From: a virus
Taxonomy: Duplodnaviria; Caudoviricetes
Direction: 5' to 3' (one strand)
Length of the DNA: 46,640 nt
IMG/VR virus record: IMGVR_UViG_3300027804_003258
Span: 1-46,640 of that record
The translations under genes were made by a program, and so were the position numbers. The notes below the pieces were generated by a model, which saw only the letters and a list, made by a program, of their open reading frames with translations, was not told where the DNA came from and did no database searches. This document shows, piece after piece, positions 9,842 through 19,628 of the stretch (position 1 is its first letter; each line of letters opens with the position of its first letter).

Positions 9842-10301
9842 AGAATTATATAATAAAGAAGTTGAGTTACCTGAAGAAAAGAGAAACCACTTGAAGGTTT
9901 GTTTCCAAAAAGCACGCGGTGCGGATGAAAATATTGAAGGTTTTAAAAGAAATCAAGAACTTCAAAATTCTAAATTTATTGGGTACAAACAACTTAAAAG
10001 AATTAAAAATTTCTTCGATAATTTCAAAGGAAATCAGGATGAATTACCTTTTATTCTCAACGGAGGATTTGAGATGAAAAATTGGGTAAATGATGAATTG
10101 AGGAAGATGAGAGAATTTGGTCATTTGACTAAAAGAAATAAGATGGACTCTGGAATGCAAAACTCATTTTTGGACCCACACGAGAAGAAGGATTTCACAA
10201 ACGTTAGACCCTCAAAAAAACATCAATCAACTATCGAAAAGTATGACGCAGCCGTTACTGAATCTCTTAAAAGAATAAACGAATTAATTTCAAAATTATA
10301 A
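9834..10301 (+). CDS. hypothetical protein
   Basis: 155-aa ORF overlapping the previous stop; C-terminal VTESLKRINELISKL helix. Confidence 0.75.
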   Translation: MNKELYNKEVELPEEKRNHLKVCFQKARGADENIEGFKRNQELQNSKFIGYKQLKRIKNFFDNFKGNQDELPFILNGGFEMKNWVNDELRKMREFGHLTKRNKMDSGMQNSFLDPHEKKDFTNVRPSKKHQSTIEKYDAAVTESLKRINELISKL

Positions 10302-10304
10302 TCT

Positions 10305-10598
10305 ATGTCAGAACAACTCACATTGGACTTGTCACAAAACATTCCAAACGCACTCACCGCTTATGCGGACCAAGAGAGAAAAAAATTAATACCAAAAAAT
10401 GACTTCAACGCTGTAGGTAATCAATACTCTAGCGTTAATAGAGACGCTGTTGCTGATGGTGACTCTATGGGTCGTGGTACAGGGTCTTTTTTGGATGTTT
10501 ATAACGTCAATGCCGGAACAATTGATGATTTGGTCGAAAGAAAAAATGAAATAAAAATTAACAAATACAACTCATCCAAAACGTACCCTGATTTCTAA
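10305..10598 (+). CDS. hypothetical protein
   Basis: 97-aa ORF, coupled (TAATG) to the next gene. Confidence 0.75.
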   Translation: MSEQLTLDLSQNIPNALTAYADQERKKLIPKNDFNAVGNQYSSVNRDAVADGDSMGRGTGSFLDVYNVNAGTIDDLVERKNEIKINKYNSSKTYPDF

Positions 10599-10978
10599 TG
10601 AAATTACAAGAGTCATTAAGAGGTTTAATTTGTGAAATTGCATCTATTGAAGACATCTTAAGATGTGTCAAAAATAGAGAGAAGTGCATAATTCACTATG
10701 AAGGTGATGAACCTGGTGGAAGAGGTATAAGAGAAATTGAACCTGTGTGTTTGGGCGTAAGTAAAGCCGGTAATAAAGTTGTAAGAGCTTGGGATTTGGA
10801 AGGAGCTTCTCACACGGCTTATAAAGGGGAACAACCTTTACCAGGTTGGAGACTTTTCAGATTAGATAAAATTAACAGTATAAAATCTACAGGAGAAACT
10901 TTTGATGAAATGAGACCAAATTTCAATCCAAATGGTGACAAAAGTATGACTTCAATTATTATTATATCAAAATTCTAA
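10598..10978 (+). CDS. stand-alone WYL-domain protein
   Basis: IHY...REIEPVCLG...VRAWD...GWRLFRLDKINSI matches the WYL signature (RxxEP, WRxFRLDRI); no HTH. Confidence 0.75.
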   Translation: MKLQESLRGLICEIASIEDILRCVKNREKCIIHYEGDEPGGRGIREIEPVCLGVSKAGNKVVRAWDLEGASHTAYKGEQPLPGWRLFRLDKINSIKSTGETFDEMRPNFNPNGDKSMTSIIIISKF

Positions 10979-10980
10979 AT

Positions 10981-11583
10981 ATGGACCAATTATTACAAAA
11001 ACTAATGGTTTCAAAGGCAATTATGGACAAACATAAAGAAATGCCAAGAGGTGATAACAGAAATATCTCTCTACCATCAAATGAAGTTGAAAGTTTTGAA
11101 GTTCCTCAAGCAAGATATAATATTCCCCAAGAATTCTTAAGTGAATCTCAGTCCGCGTCAATGATTTCGAACACCCCAAGAGAAAATACAAAACCTATTG
11201 GTGTTCCGAGTATAGATGCAATAAAGAAATCTAAACTTCCAGATGACATCAAAAGACTAATGATGGAACACCCAATTTCCCAACCCCAACAATTACAACC
11301 AACAATCTCTGATGAGTTAATCGAAAAAGCTTCAAGATTGATGAAAAAAGGGAACGACAATAATTACATCCCTGAATCAGCAAAAACAAATTCGAAATCA
11401 ACAGTATCCACTAACATAGATTACAATGTTATAAAAAAATTGATTGATGAAGCCGTTAAAAATGCACTAAAAGAAAGTGGTGTTATCTCCGAGAGTGAAG
11501 AAAAAACTAATGAATTATTTTCGTTCAAAGTTGGAAAACATATCTTTGAGGGTAAAGTTACCAAAATCAAAAAACTATCTTAA
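10981..11583 (+). CDS. hypothetical protein
   Basis: 200-aa ORF in the same operon. Confidence 0.75.
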   Translation: MDQLLQKLMVSKAIMDKHKEMPRGDNRNISLPSNEVESFEVPQARYNIPQEFLSESQSASMISNTPRENTKPIGVPSIDAIKKSKLPDDIKRLMMEHPISQPQQLQPTISDELIEKASRLMKKGNDNNYIPESAKTNSKSTVSTNIDYNVIKKLIDEAVKNALKESGVISESEEKTNELFSFKVGKHIFEGKVTKIKKLS

Positions 11584-11595
11584 CATCTTTCTTTA

Positions 11596-11628
11596 TTTGA
11601 CTTAAACAATTATATTTCGGTATAATTG
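11596..11628 (+). promoter_or_regulatory. putative host-sigma (early/middle) promoter of the glycan operon
   Basis: Readable as TTGACT-N18-TATAAT or as Bacteroidota-type TTTG-N21-TATAATTG; no TATTTATA box here. Confidence 0.5.
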
Positions 11629-11635
11629 TTAAATA

Positions 11636-12847
11636 ATGTCAAAAATTAATGTATTAGTTGTACCCTCCGATAGAACAGGAGTTGGTAAATTTAGGTCTGT
11701 TGACCCTCACATTTTCTTACAAAATCTGTACGGAGAAGATTTTCATATTGATATCCAATACGAACTTCCATTTGATGATTTGAACTTTTTTAAAAAGTAT
11801 CAAATTGTTGCATTCCATAGAAGTCTCGGTCAAGATTGGGATAGGGCACCCGAGTTCATAAAAAAACTTAAAGAGATTGGAATCAAAACAGTCTGTGACA
11901 TCGACGATTATTGGATGCCAGGAAGAGAACACCCTATACATGATGTAATCAAGTTCAATAAAATCAATGAAAAAATTGTTAACAACTTGAGGGCTGCTGA
12001 GTTTGTGACTACGACTACCAACATTTTTGCGGATGAAATAAGTAAGTACAATAAAAATGTCACGGTATTTCCCAACGCAATCAATCCAAAAGAATCTCAA
12101 TTTAATGAACCCACACCACCGTCAGATAAATTAAGAGTTGGATGGTTGGGTGGTTCCTCACACTTACACGATTTGATGTTGCTTGACCAATCAATGAGTA
12201 AGTTAACAAAACACAGTAACGATTTGCAGTTTGTTCTTTGTGGATTTGATACAAGAGGGACTGTTACAGAGATTAATCAAGAAACAGGGGAACACAAAAA
12301 AAGAAATATCAAACCACACGAGACAGTATGGGCACAATATGAAAGAATATTCACACAAAATTATTCCATAATTTCAGAGGATTATAAAAAGTATCTTCAG
12401 AATTATAATCAAGAAGTTTATCCAAACGAGTTACAAGAATCGTATGTTAGGGTTTGGACGAGACCTGTTCAATCATATGCAAAAAACTATTCTAAATTTG
12501 ATATATCTTTGGCACCAATTAAAAACCATATATTCAATAGAATGAAATCACAATTGAAAGTTATTGAAGCTGGTTTTTACAAAAAAGCAATAATTGCAAC
12601 TAATTTGGGACCATACACAATAGATTTGAAACATGCATTAAGTAATGGTAACTTTGTAGATGGAAATGCACTTTTAGTTGATGAAAATAGAAACCATTCT
12701 GATTGGGCCAAGTACATTGAGAAACTTTTGAAAAATAGAAATTTTGTGACTGATTTGGGTGAAAGACTCTATGAAACTGTAAAAGATAAATACGACTTGA
12801 ATAATGTAACAAAAGATAGAGCTGAATTTTACAAATCAATTTTATGA
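11636..12847 (+). CDS. glycosyltransferase (GT-B/GT4-like)
   Basis: DIDDYW, FPNAI, RVGWLGGSSHLHDL, DISLAPIK..FNRMKSQLKVIEAG. Confidence 0.85.
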   Translation: MSKINVLVVPSDRTGVGKFRSVDPHIFLQNLYGEDFHIDIQYELPFDDLNFFKKYQIVAFHRSLGQDWDRAPEFIKKLKEIGIKTVCDIDDYWMPGREHPIHDVIKFNKINEKIVNNLRAAEFVTTTTNIFADEISKYNKNVTVFPNAINPKESQFNEPTPPSDKLRVGWLGGSSHLHDLMLLDQSMSKLTKHSNDLQFVLCGFDTRGTVTEINQETGEHKKRNIKPHETVWAQYERIFTQNYSIISEDYKKYLQNYNQEVYPNELQESYVRVWTRPVQSYAKNYSKFDISLAPIKNHIFNRMKSQLKVIEAGFYKKAIIATNLGPYTIDLKHALSNGNFVDGNALLVDENRNHSDWAKYIEKLLKNRNFVTDLGERLYETVKDKYDLNNVTKDRAEFYKSIL

Positions 12848-13545
12848 TAAACATACCAATTTCGAAAATACTTTTTATTGATGTTGAAACTGTAGGAATA
12901 GAGCCTGATTGGGAATCTTTAGTAAAAAACAGAAAAGAGTTATCCTTTCAATTTGAAAATTATTTCGACTGGTTTCAAAAAAGATTCCCTGAAGACGCAG
13001 ACAAACCAATCTCGCAAATGTTTGTCAATCGTTCAGCGTTAGTTCCAGAATTCGGAAGAATTGCTTGCGTTAGTGTTGCCTTTGTGACAGATAAAGGTGA
13101 AACAAGAATGCAATCTTTCAGTGATATGGATGAAAAAAAACTATTGGTTGAAGTACAAAAGTTACTCAAGAAAGTTGGTGAATTAGGTTTCTTTTTGTGT
13201 GGTCACAATGTAAAAGGATTTGACATACCTTACATTGCGAAACGAATGATAATGAACGGAATTTTACCCCCAAAGATTTTACCAGGTCACGATACCAAAC
13301 CGTGGGAAGTCCGTGCTTTCGATACTAAAGAATTTTGGCAATACGGTGGATATGGCTCAATTGCATCATTAGAACTCATGTGTGTTTGTTTGGGTGTAGA
13401 ATCATCAAAAACTATGGAAGTTACAGGTAATAAAGTTCACGAAGCTTTTTGGGTAAAAAAAGATATAGAGGGAATAGTTAAATATTGTGAAAAAGACGTA
13501 TCAGTATTGATAGATGTTATAGAAAAAATTTATACTTTAAAATAA
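12844..13545 (+). CDS. DEDDy 3'-5' exonuclease (PolB-exonuclease-like)
   Basis: ExoI FIDVET, ExoII GHNVKGFDIPY, ExoIII YCEKD. Confidence 0.85.
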   Translation: MINIPISKILFIDVETVGIEPDWESLVKNRKELSFQFENYFDWFQKRFPEDADKPISQMFVNRSALVPEFGRIACVSVAFVTDKGETRMQSFSDMDEKKLLVEVQKLLKKVGELGFFLCGHNVKGFDIPYIAKRMIMNGILPPKILPGHDTKPWEVRAFDTKEFWQYGGYGSIASLELMCVCLGVESSKTMEVTGNKVHEAFWVKKDIEGIVKYCEKDVSVLIDVIEKIYTLK

Positions 13546-14153
13546 TGGAAAATTCAATTTCACCTGAACAATTAGAAGAACTTAACAGATTATTTGAGAA
13601 AATAAAAGAAGAATCTGGTATCGAACCCGATGAAAAATACCAAGAAATTCTTTCGGAAACTCTTGGATTGGATTTTGATGAGATAGATGAAGATTATGAC
13701 ACATTTCTAAAAACTAGAAATGTTCAAGTAAAAAAAATTCATCCTGATGCCGTGATACCAAAATACAATTACGGTACAGATTCAGGATTTGATTTACACT
13801 CTGTTGAAAAAATTACCATCCCTCCTTTTTCGAGGGAATTGGTACCCACCGGACTTTGTTTTCATTTTGACGAAAATTTGGAAATTCAAGTACGACCCAA
13901 AAGTGGTTTAGCGTTAAATTTAGGTTTAACAGTTCTGAATACACCTGGTACTGTTGACCAAGGATATACTGGTGAGATAAAAGTAATAGTGTTTAATACA
14001 AATCCTAACTCTGTGATAATTGAAAAAGGAATGAAAGTTGCTCAAGGTGTTCTTTGTCCTGTAGTTAATGGAAAATATGTTAAGTTGATTCAGGTAGATT
14101 ATTTTGAATCGACCGACAGACAAAATAACGGATTCGGTAGCACAGGAATTTAA
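13545..14153 (+). CDS. dut: dUTPase (trimeric) with acidic N-terminal extension
   Basis: SGFDL, RPKSGLA, GTVDQGYTGEI, VAQ, RQNNGFGSTG motifs. Confidence 0.95.
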   Translation: MENSISPEQLEELNRLFEKIKEESGIEPDEKYQEILSETLGLDFDEIDEDYDTFLKTRNVQVKKIHPDAVIPKYNYGTDSGFDLHSVEKITIPPFSRELVPTGLCFHFDENLEIQVRPKSGLALNLGLTVLNTPGTVDQGYTGEIKVIVFNTNPNSVIIEKGMKVAQGVLCPVVNGKYVKLIQVDYFESTDRQNNGFGSTGI

Positions 14154-14162
14154 TCCATATCT

Positions 14163-14333
14163 ATGGGAAAATATTACGAAAATTTGGATGACCTCATCCA
14201 ACTTATAAAAAAACTCGATAAGAAACATTGTTTAGCAGAATTCATTTTAGACTGTATAACAATATCAAGGGAGAATCCTGAAAAAAAACCACACCAAATT
14301 ATTAAAGAAGCAAAAAACAAAAGATTCACATAA
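14163..14333 (+). CDS. small hypothetical protein (56 aa)
   Basis: Not in the ORF track. MGKYYENLDDLIQLIKKLDKKHCLAEFILDCITISRENPEKKPHQIIKEAKNKRFT* fills the gap, and its TAA overlaps the next ATG. Confidence 0.7.
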   Translation: MGKYYENLDDLIQLIKKLDKKHCLAEFILDCITISRENPEKKPHQIIKEAKNKRFT

Positions 14334-15973
14334 TGCTAACAGTTGGATATTCTACAAGAAGTCATAAACCTGAATTTATCGAATACTTGAAAAAAAGTTC
14401 AGGTTTCAAAAAAATTAATGTCATAGAAAAAATTAACAATGGTGAGAAATCATTAGCCGAAGTTTATAACGAAATTTTATCGGAATCTACAACAGATGTT
14501 GTTGTTCTTTGCCATGACGACATATATTTTGATACTTCATCTTGGTATCATAAATTGATGAAACATTTTGAAAAATCGGACTTTGGCATTTTGGGAGTTG
14601 CTGGAACGACTGACCTTTCTGAAACAGGACAGTGGTGGGTGACAAACAAAAGAAAAAACATGGTTGGTATTGTTAATCATGAACACGAAGGAAAAAAATG
14701 GGAATCCAAATATTCAGACATATCAAATAATTCAATCATACCAACGGTAATTGTTGATGGCTTATTTATTGTCGTTAATAAAAAAAGAATTCAAAAAAAT
14801 TTTGTTGAAGATTTCGGGGGATTCCATTTCTACGATTTATCTTTTTGTTTAGAAAATTATTTATCAGGAGTAAAAGTTGGTGTTATCACAAATATAAGAA
14901 TCACACACAAGTCAATTGGCATGACTAATCAAAGTTGGGAGGACAACAGAAAACTTTTTGTTGAAAAATATTCAGATAAGTTACCCATTAAAGTTCCATT
15001 TGACCCAAATAAAAGAATCAAAGTCCTCATTTCATGTCTATCTTTTAGAACATTCACAGGTTCTGAAGTATATGTATACGAATTAGCAAAAGCCCTACAA
15101 AAACAAAATTGTTCGGTCACTGTGATATCCCAAATAGGAGGACCACTAACTGAACTTGCAAAAAAAGATGGAATAAAATGTATACCATTCGAACAAGCTC
15201 CAGGTTTTAAATTAGGTGATGGAATCTGGGAATTTGCAACACCACAAGGAAACCAAAAGTCTCAACAAGGTGTTATGTATAAAACATCAGAACCCAACTT
15301 TGATATCATTCATATACAACATAAACCAGTTGTTGAAAGAATGTTACAATTTTATCCTGAAATAGATAAGGTTACGACGATTCATTCAGAAATTATGTCA
15401 AAAGAATTGGAAAATCCCGTATTACATCCATCAATAAAAAAATATATTGCAATCAGACCTGAAATTAAAAGTCACATTGTTGAAAATTTTGAAGTGCCGT
15501 CAGATTCAGTAGAAGTAATTTATAATCCTGTGGATAACGAAAAATTTAAAATCCGACAAAATAAAAATGATAATTATGTTTTGTTTGTTGGTACGATTGA
15601 TTATTTGAGAGAATCAACAATTAGAGATTTAATAGATTACACAAAAAATAACGGTAAAGAACTTTGGTTAGTTGGGGCAAACCATTCAAATTATTTGGAA
15701 GAAATTATAAAAAATGAAAATGTGAAACATTTCGAGCCCACTTGGAATTTAGAAAAGTTTCTTATGAATTGCTCTGAAACCGCAGGGATTCAATTAGGAA
15801 GGACAACTATCGAAGGGTGGATGAGTGGAAAAAAAAGTTGGATTTATAATGTAGATGCAAATGGAACAATAATTCAAAAGAATTTGATAGACCCTCCCTC
15901 GGACATTTCAAAATACTATTCTGAAAATGTTGCTAAACAAACAAGAGATTTATATGTAAAAGTTTTATCATGA
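14333..15973 (+). CDS. two-domain glycosyltransferase (GT-A N-terminal + GT-B C-terminal)
   Basis: N: LCHDDIYF, VDGLFI, FHFYDL; C: TGSEVYVYELA, VIYNPVD, GRTTIEG. Confidence 0.85.
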   Translation: MLTVGYSTRSHKPEFIEYLKKSSGFKKINVIEKINNGEKSLAEVYNEILSESTTDVVVLCHDDIYFDTSSWYHKLMKHFEKSDFGILGVAGTTDLSETGQWWVTNKRKNMVGIVNHEHEGKKWESKYSDISNNSIIPTVIVDGLFIVVNKKRIQKNFVEDFGGFHFYDLSFCLENYLSGVKVGVITNIRITHKSIGMTNQSWEDNRKLFVEKYSDKLPIKVPFDPNKRIKVLISCLSFRTFTGSEVYVYELAKALQKQNCSVTVISQIGGPLTELAKKDGIKCIPFEQAPGFKLGDGIWEFATPQGNQKSQQGVMYKTSEPNFDIIHIQHKPVVERMLQFYPEIDKVTTIHSEIMSKELENPVLHPSIKKYIAIRPEIKSHIVENFEVPSDSVEVIYNPVDNEKFKIRQNKNDNYVLFVGTIDYLRESTIRDLIDYTKNNGKELWLVGANHSNYLEEIIKNENVKHFEPTWNLEKFLMNCSETAGIQLGRTTIEGWMSGKKSWIYNVDANGTIIQKNLIDPPSDISKYYSENVAKQTRDLYVKVLS

Positions 15974-16680
15974 TTGTACTTACCACAACATATAATTGTG
16001 AAAAATTTGTAGAGAGGTCTTTGTTAAGCGTTATGAGTCAAAGATTTAAAGATTTCAAGTGCTATATAACGGACGACATGTCCACAGATAATACTGTAAA
16101 AGTAATTAAAGAAACAATAAAGAATGACCCAAGATTTATCTTAATAGAAAACCACGAAAAGTTCTATCAGCCAGGTAACTATGAACAAGTCATTAGATGG
16201 AGAGCAATAGAGGGTAACGAGGTTTGTGTTGAAGTTGACGGTGATGATTGGTTACCAAATTCGAATGTATTTTCCAAAATAAATGAAATTTACAAAGATG
16301 ACAATGTTTGGATGACAAGTGGTTCTTTCAAATATCATGATGGAAGGAACGGATTTGCAAATCCTCCAACAAAATTTTCAGATATAAGAAAACAAACTTT
16401 CACTCTTTCTCATTTGAGAACTTGGAGAGCTTGGTTATGGAATAAAATTCAACCTGAAGATTTAAGAGATGAAAATGGAAATTTCTGGAGTGTTGCGGGT
16501 GATTTAGCCTTTATGTTTCCAATGTTTGAAATGTCAGGTGAAGAACATTATAGATTTCTTACTGATATAAATTACATTTATAACGAGTCAAATCCAATCA
16601 ATGACCATAAAGTTAATCTCGATAAAGTGATGAAAACTGTAAATAAAATTAGAAATAAAAAAGAATACAAAAAACTATGA
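15970..16680 (+). CDS. glycosyltransferase family 2-like
   Basis: TTYN, DDMSTD, EVDGDDWL. Confidence 0.9.
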   Translation: MIVLTTTYNCEKFVERSLLSVMSQRFKDFKCYITDDMSTDNTVKVIKETIKNDPRFILIENHEKFYQPGNYEQVIRWRAIEGNEVCVEVDGDDWLPNSNVFSKINEIYKDDNVWMTSGSFKYHDGRNGFANPPTKFSDIRKQTFTLSHLRTWRAWLWNKIQPEDLRDENGNFWSVAGDLAFMFPMFEMSGEEHYRFLTDINYIYNESNPINDHKVNLDKVMKTVNKIRNKKEYKKL

Positions 16681-17939
16681 GTATCAAAAAAGCAATCGAT
16701 TTAGTAACACCATACAGGTTCGACCTCGTATTAAAATATCTTTATGCGAAATCTATCGTAAAAGGATATAACACAACTTTTTTCAAAGACATGTATAAAA
16801 AACATTTAGAGCTTTGGAATGGTTTCAGAGAATATGACAATCCACAAAAATGTACTTTCGAGGCATTTGATGATGAATTCAAAAAAATTATCGAATCTAT
16901 CAAAAATGAGGGATTCAACTCACAGATATCTCAAGTTCCAATTTTGGAGGACCAATATATTGTTAATGGTGCACACAGAGTTGCAGCGGCTTTAGCACTT
17001 GGTAAAGATGTTGACACAAGGCCGGCTAATATGCCAAACGATGGACAAAAAAACTGTAGTTGGGATGACCATTTTCAAGTCATTGGTTTACCTCAAAAGT
17101 ATGCGAACCAAGTTGCTATTGAATATGCGAAACTAAAATCGAACACTTATGTTGTAACTTTGTTCCCTTCGGCTAAAGGTGATTATAAGTCCGCAATTGA
17201 TGTCATAAACAGATATGGTAGATTAATTTACTACAGAAAAATTGATTTAAAAAACCACGGACCTCTAAATCTTATGAGGGAGCTTTACGTCGGTGAAGCT
17301 TGGGCTGGTGGTCCTCATGACAACTATCATGGGTTCAGAATGAAAGAAGGGTTATGTTACACAAGTGACTTCCCGACTTATGTTTTTCTTGCTGAATTTC
17401 CTGATTTTGGAATTACAAAATCTGTAAAAAATGACATCAGAAATAGACATGGAGTTGGAAACCATTCTGTTCACGTCAATGATACTCATGAACAAACAAT
17501 GAGACTTGCAAGAATTCTTTTCAACGATAATAGTATTGAACATTTAAATAAAACCAAACCTTTCCACTTTTCTAAATTTGAAAACTCTGTTAGAAGATTC
17601 AAAAAATTTTTAGAGGACAACAATTTAGATATTGACGAATACTGTATTGCTGGTAGTTCACCATTAACCGCATATGGATTGAGAGAAGGTGATGATTTGG
17701 ATTATATTCACATTAATCCAACAAAAATAGTTGATGACCAAGATTTAATTCATAGTCATAACGACTATGGTAAAGATTTTTACCAACCTCATTATGACGA
17801 AATCATATTAAATCCAGACTTACATTTTTATTCTATGGGGGTAAAATTTGCATCGCTCGATGTAATCATGAGAATGAAAATGAAAAGAAATGAACCAAAA
17901 GACGTAAATGATATAAACCTTATCCAAACTGTAATATGA
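16677..17939 (+). CDS. hypothetical protein with ParB/Srx-like N-terminal motif and nucleotidyltransferase-like C-terminal motif
   Basis: IVNGAHRVAAA; IAGSSPLTAYGLREGDDLDY. Confidence 0.55.
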   Translation: MSIKKAIDLVTPYRFDLVLKYLYAKSIVKGYNTTFFKDMYKKHLELWNGFREYDNPQKCTFEAFDDEFKKIIESIKNEGFNSQISQVPILEDQYIVNGAHRVAAALALGKDVDTRPANMPNDGQKNCSWDDHFQVIGLPQKYANQVAIEYAKLKSNTYVVTLFPSAKGDYKSAIDVINRYGRLIYYRKIDLKNHGPLNLMRELYVGEAWAGGPHDNYHGFRMKEGLCYTSDFPTYVFLAEFPDFGITKSVKNDIRNRHGVGNHSVHVNDTHEQTMRLARILFNDNSIEHLNKTKPFHFSKFENSVRRFKKFLEDNNLDIDEYCIAGSSPLTAYGLREGDDLDYIHINPTKIVDDQDLIHSHNDYGKDFYQPHYDEIILNPDLHFYSMGVKFASLDVIMRMKMKRNEPKDVNDINLIQTVI

Positions 17940-18820
17940 GAAAATTCTATTTTGCCCCAACACCATGGGCGTATAGTAAGGATGTTTTAGAAGATTATAG
18001 ATTTCAAACCCCTAACAATTCTGGGGTGTGGGAAGATATTGAAGCAACTACCAATGTTGATGAGGCAGAATTTTTGGTAATCCAAGATGAATGTAGAGAT
18101 GAAGGAGTGTTGAGAAAATTCGAACCAAAAAAAAGACTCTATTTTAATAGAGAAGCTTTATCTACCCATTTAAAAAATGAATATCCATCAACTGAATATA
18201 ATAGATTCAGTTTCTGGGATGGTACAGGTTATTTACCTACAAGGTGGTGGTATGGTACAAATGTATCTGCATCCGCACAAGGGTATGGTGGTGTAAGTTT
18301 AACCTATGATGATTTAATAAAAGAACAACCATACGAAAAAACAAAAGAACTCTGTTGTATTCTTTCAGATAAGACAATGAATGAGGGACATCAATTGAGA
18401 AAAGATTTTACAAGAAAATTTCTGAACAAGTATCACTTTGATTTATATGGTTCTATAAGTTTTAGAAATTCAGAAATACCAAATAATGACAAAATTAAAG
18501 CTTTAAGAAATTACAAATATTCTCTTGGATTCGATAACCAAGATTTTATTGATGACTTCTTCGGAACTCAATTTACTGATACATTATTAGCTTGGACTGT
18601 TCCTATTTTTTGGTGTGGAACAGATTTGAGAAAATATTTTCCCGAAGGTTCGTTCATTCAGTTTGACGCAAGAAAAGACACCGAAATCGATAGAATCATG
18701 GAAATTATTTCGAATGATGATTATGATAAAAGATTACCAGCACTTACAGAAGCTCGTAATTTGATTCTTAATAAATTCAATTTTTGGCCTACAATTAAAA
18801 GTGTAATTGACCGTGGTTAA
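17936..18820 (+). CDS. glycosyltransferase family 10 (fucosyltransferase)-like
   Basis: DLYG...KIKALRNYKYSLGFDN...FTDTLLAWTVPIFW follows the GT10 C-terminal pattern. Confidence 0.7.
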   Translation: MRKFYFAPTPWAYSKDVLEDYRFQTPNNSGVWEDIEATTNVDEAEFLVIQDECRDEGVLRKFEPKKRLYFNREALSTHLKNEYPSTEYNRFSFWDGTGYLPTRWWYGTNVSASAQGYGGVSLTYDDLIKEQPYEKTKELCCILSDKTMNEGHQLRKDFTRKFLNKYHFDLYGSISFRNSEIPNNDKIKALRNYKYSLGFDNQDFIDDFFGTQFTDTLLAWTVPIFWCGTDLRKYFPEGSFIQFDARKDTEIDRIMEIISNDDYDKRLPALTEARNLILNKFNFWPTIKSVIDRG

Positions 18821-19628
18821 TCCTACAGTACATATAACGACTTGTGATGCAAATATTTTTGTTATAAAATATTTCCAATATTTTTTTAACAAGTATTGGG
18901 GAAAACACATCAAGGTAAAAATTCTTGGATTCAATCCTCCCGATTTTAAGTTGGAAGAGAATTTTGAATTTGTTTCATTAGGAACTGAACAAGTTGGTGG
19001 AGCAAAGGGATGGAGTAATTACCTTATTGATTATTTCTCAAACATTGATGACAAATATTTTATATTTGGAATTGACGATTTCATGATATCAAGACCTGTA
19101 GACGAAGAAGTATTTCGTGCTTGTTTAGAAATTATGAATGACGGAATAGGAAGAATTGATTTACAATGTTCTTTACAATATGCCAGACCCCAACATTTAG
19201 TTGAACCTTACATGGAAAAAAATGGAATCAAGTTTCATAAATTAGTTGATTCCGGAAGATGGGTTAATTTATATCAAAATGCTGGTGCATTTTCAATTTG
19301 GAATAGAGAATGGTTTCTTAAAAACATAAGAAGAGATTGGTCTCCTTGGGATTGGGAGGTTACCGGTAGTATGTCTTTAGCAGACGGAGATGGTTATCTT
19401 GTTGTGGGCACTTTCGACAGATGGGCAATAAAAAAATTGGAACTTTTAAGTAATGCTGCTTGGCCCAATGTAATAAACACAAGAGGTTTGAGAAAAGAAG
19501 ATGTAGAACAAATGTCTTTGTTGAAAAATCCAACTGACCGAGTAACAAACTTCGAACCAATCATGGAAAACAAATGGTATTACGAAGTACCAGGTGGTGA
19601 TTGGGAAAAAGTTATTTTTGGTGAATGA
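18807..19628 (+). CDS. putative glycosyltransferase (GT-A-like)
   Basis: WSNYL...YFIFGIDDF, SIWNRE, SPWDWE; the start may be GTG at 18813. Confidence 0.55.
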   Translation: MTVVNPTVHITTCDANIFVIKYFQYFFNKYWGKHIKVKILGFNPPDFKLEENFEFVSLGTEQVGGAKGWSNYLIDYFSNIDDKYFIFGIDDFMISRPVDEEVFRACLEIMNDGIGRIDLQCSLQYARPQHLVEPYMEKNGIKFHKLVDSGRWVNLYQNAGAFSIWNREWFLKNIRRDWSPWDWEVTGSMSLADGDGYLVVGTFDRWAIKKLELLSNAAWPNVINTRGLRKEDVEQMSLLKNPTDRVTNFEPIMENKWYYEVPGGDWEKVIFGE

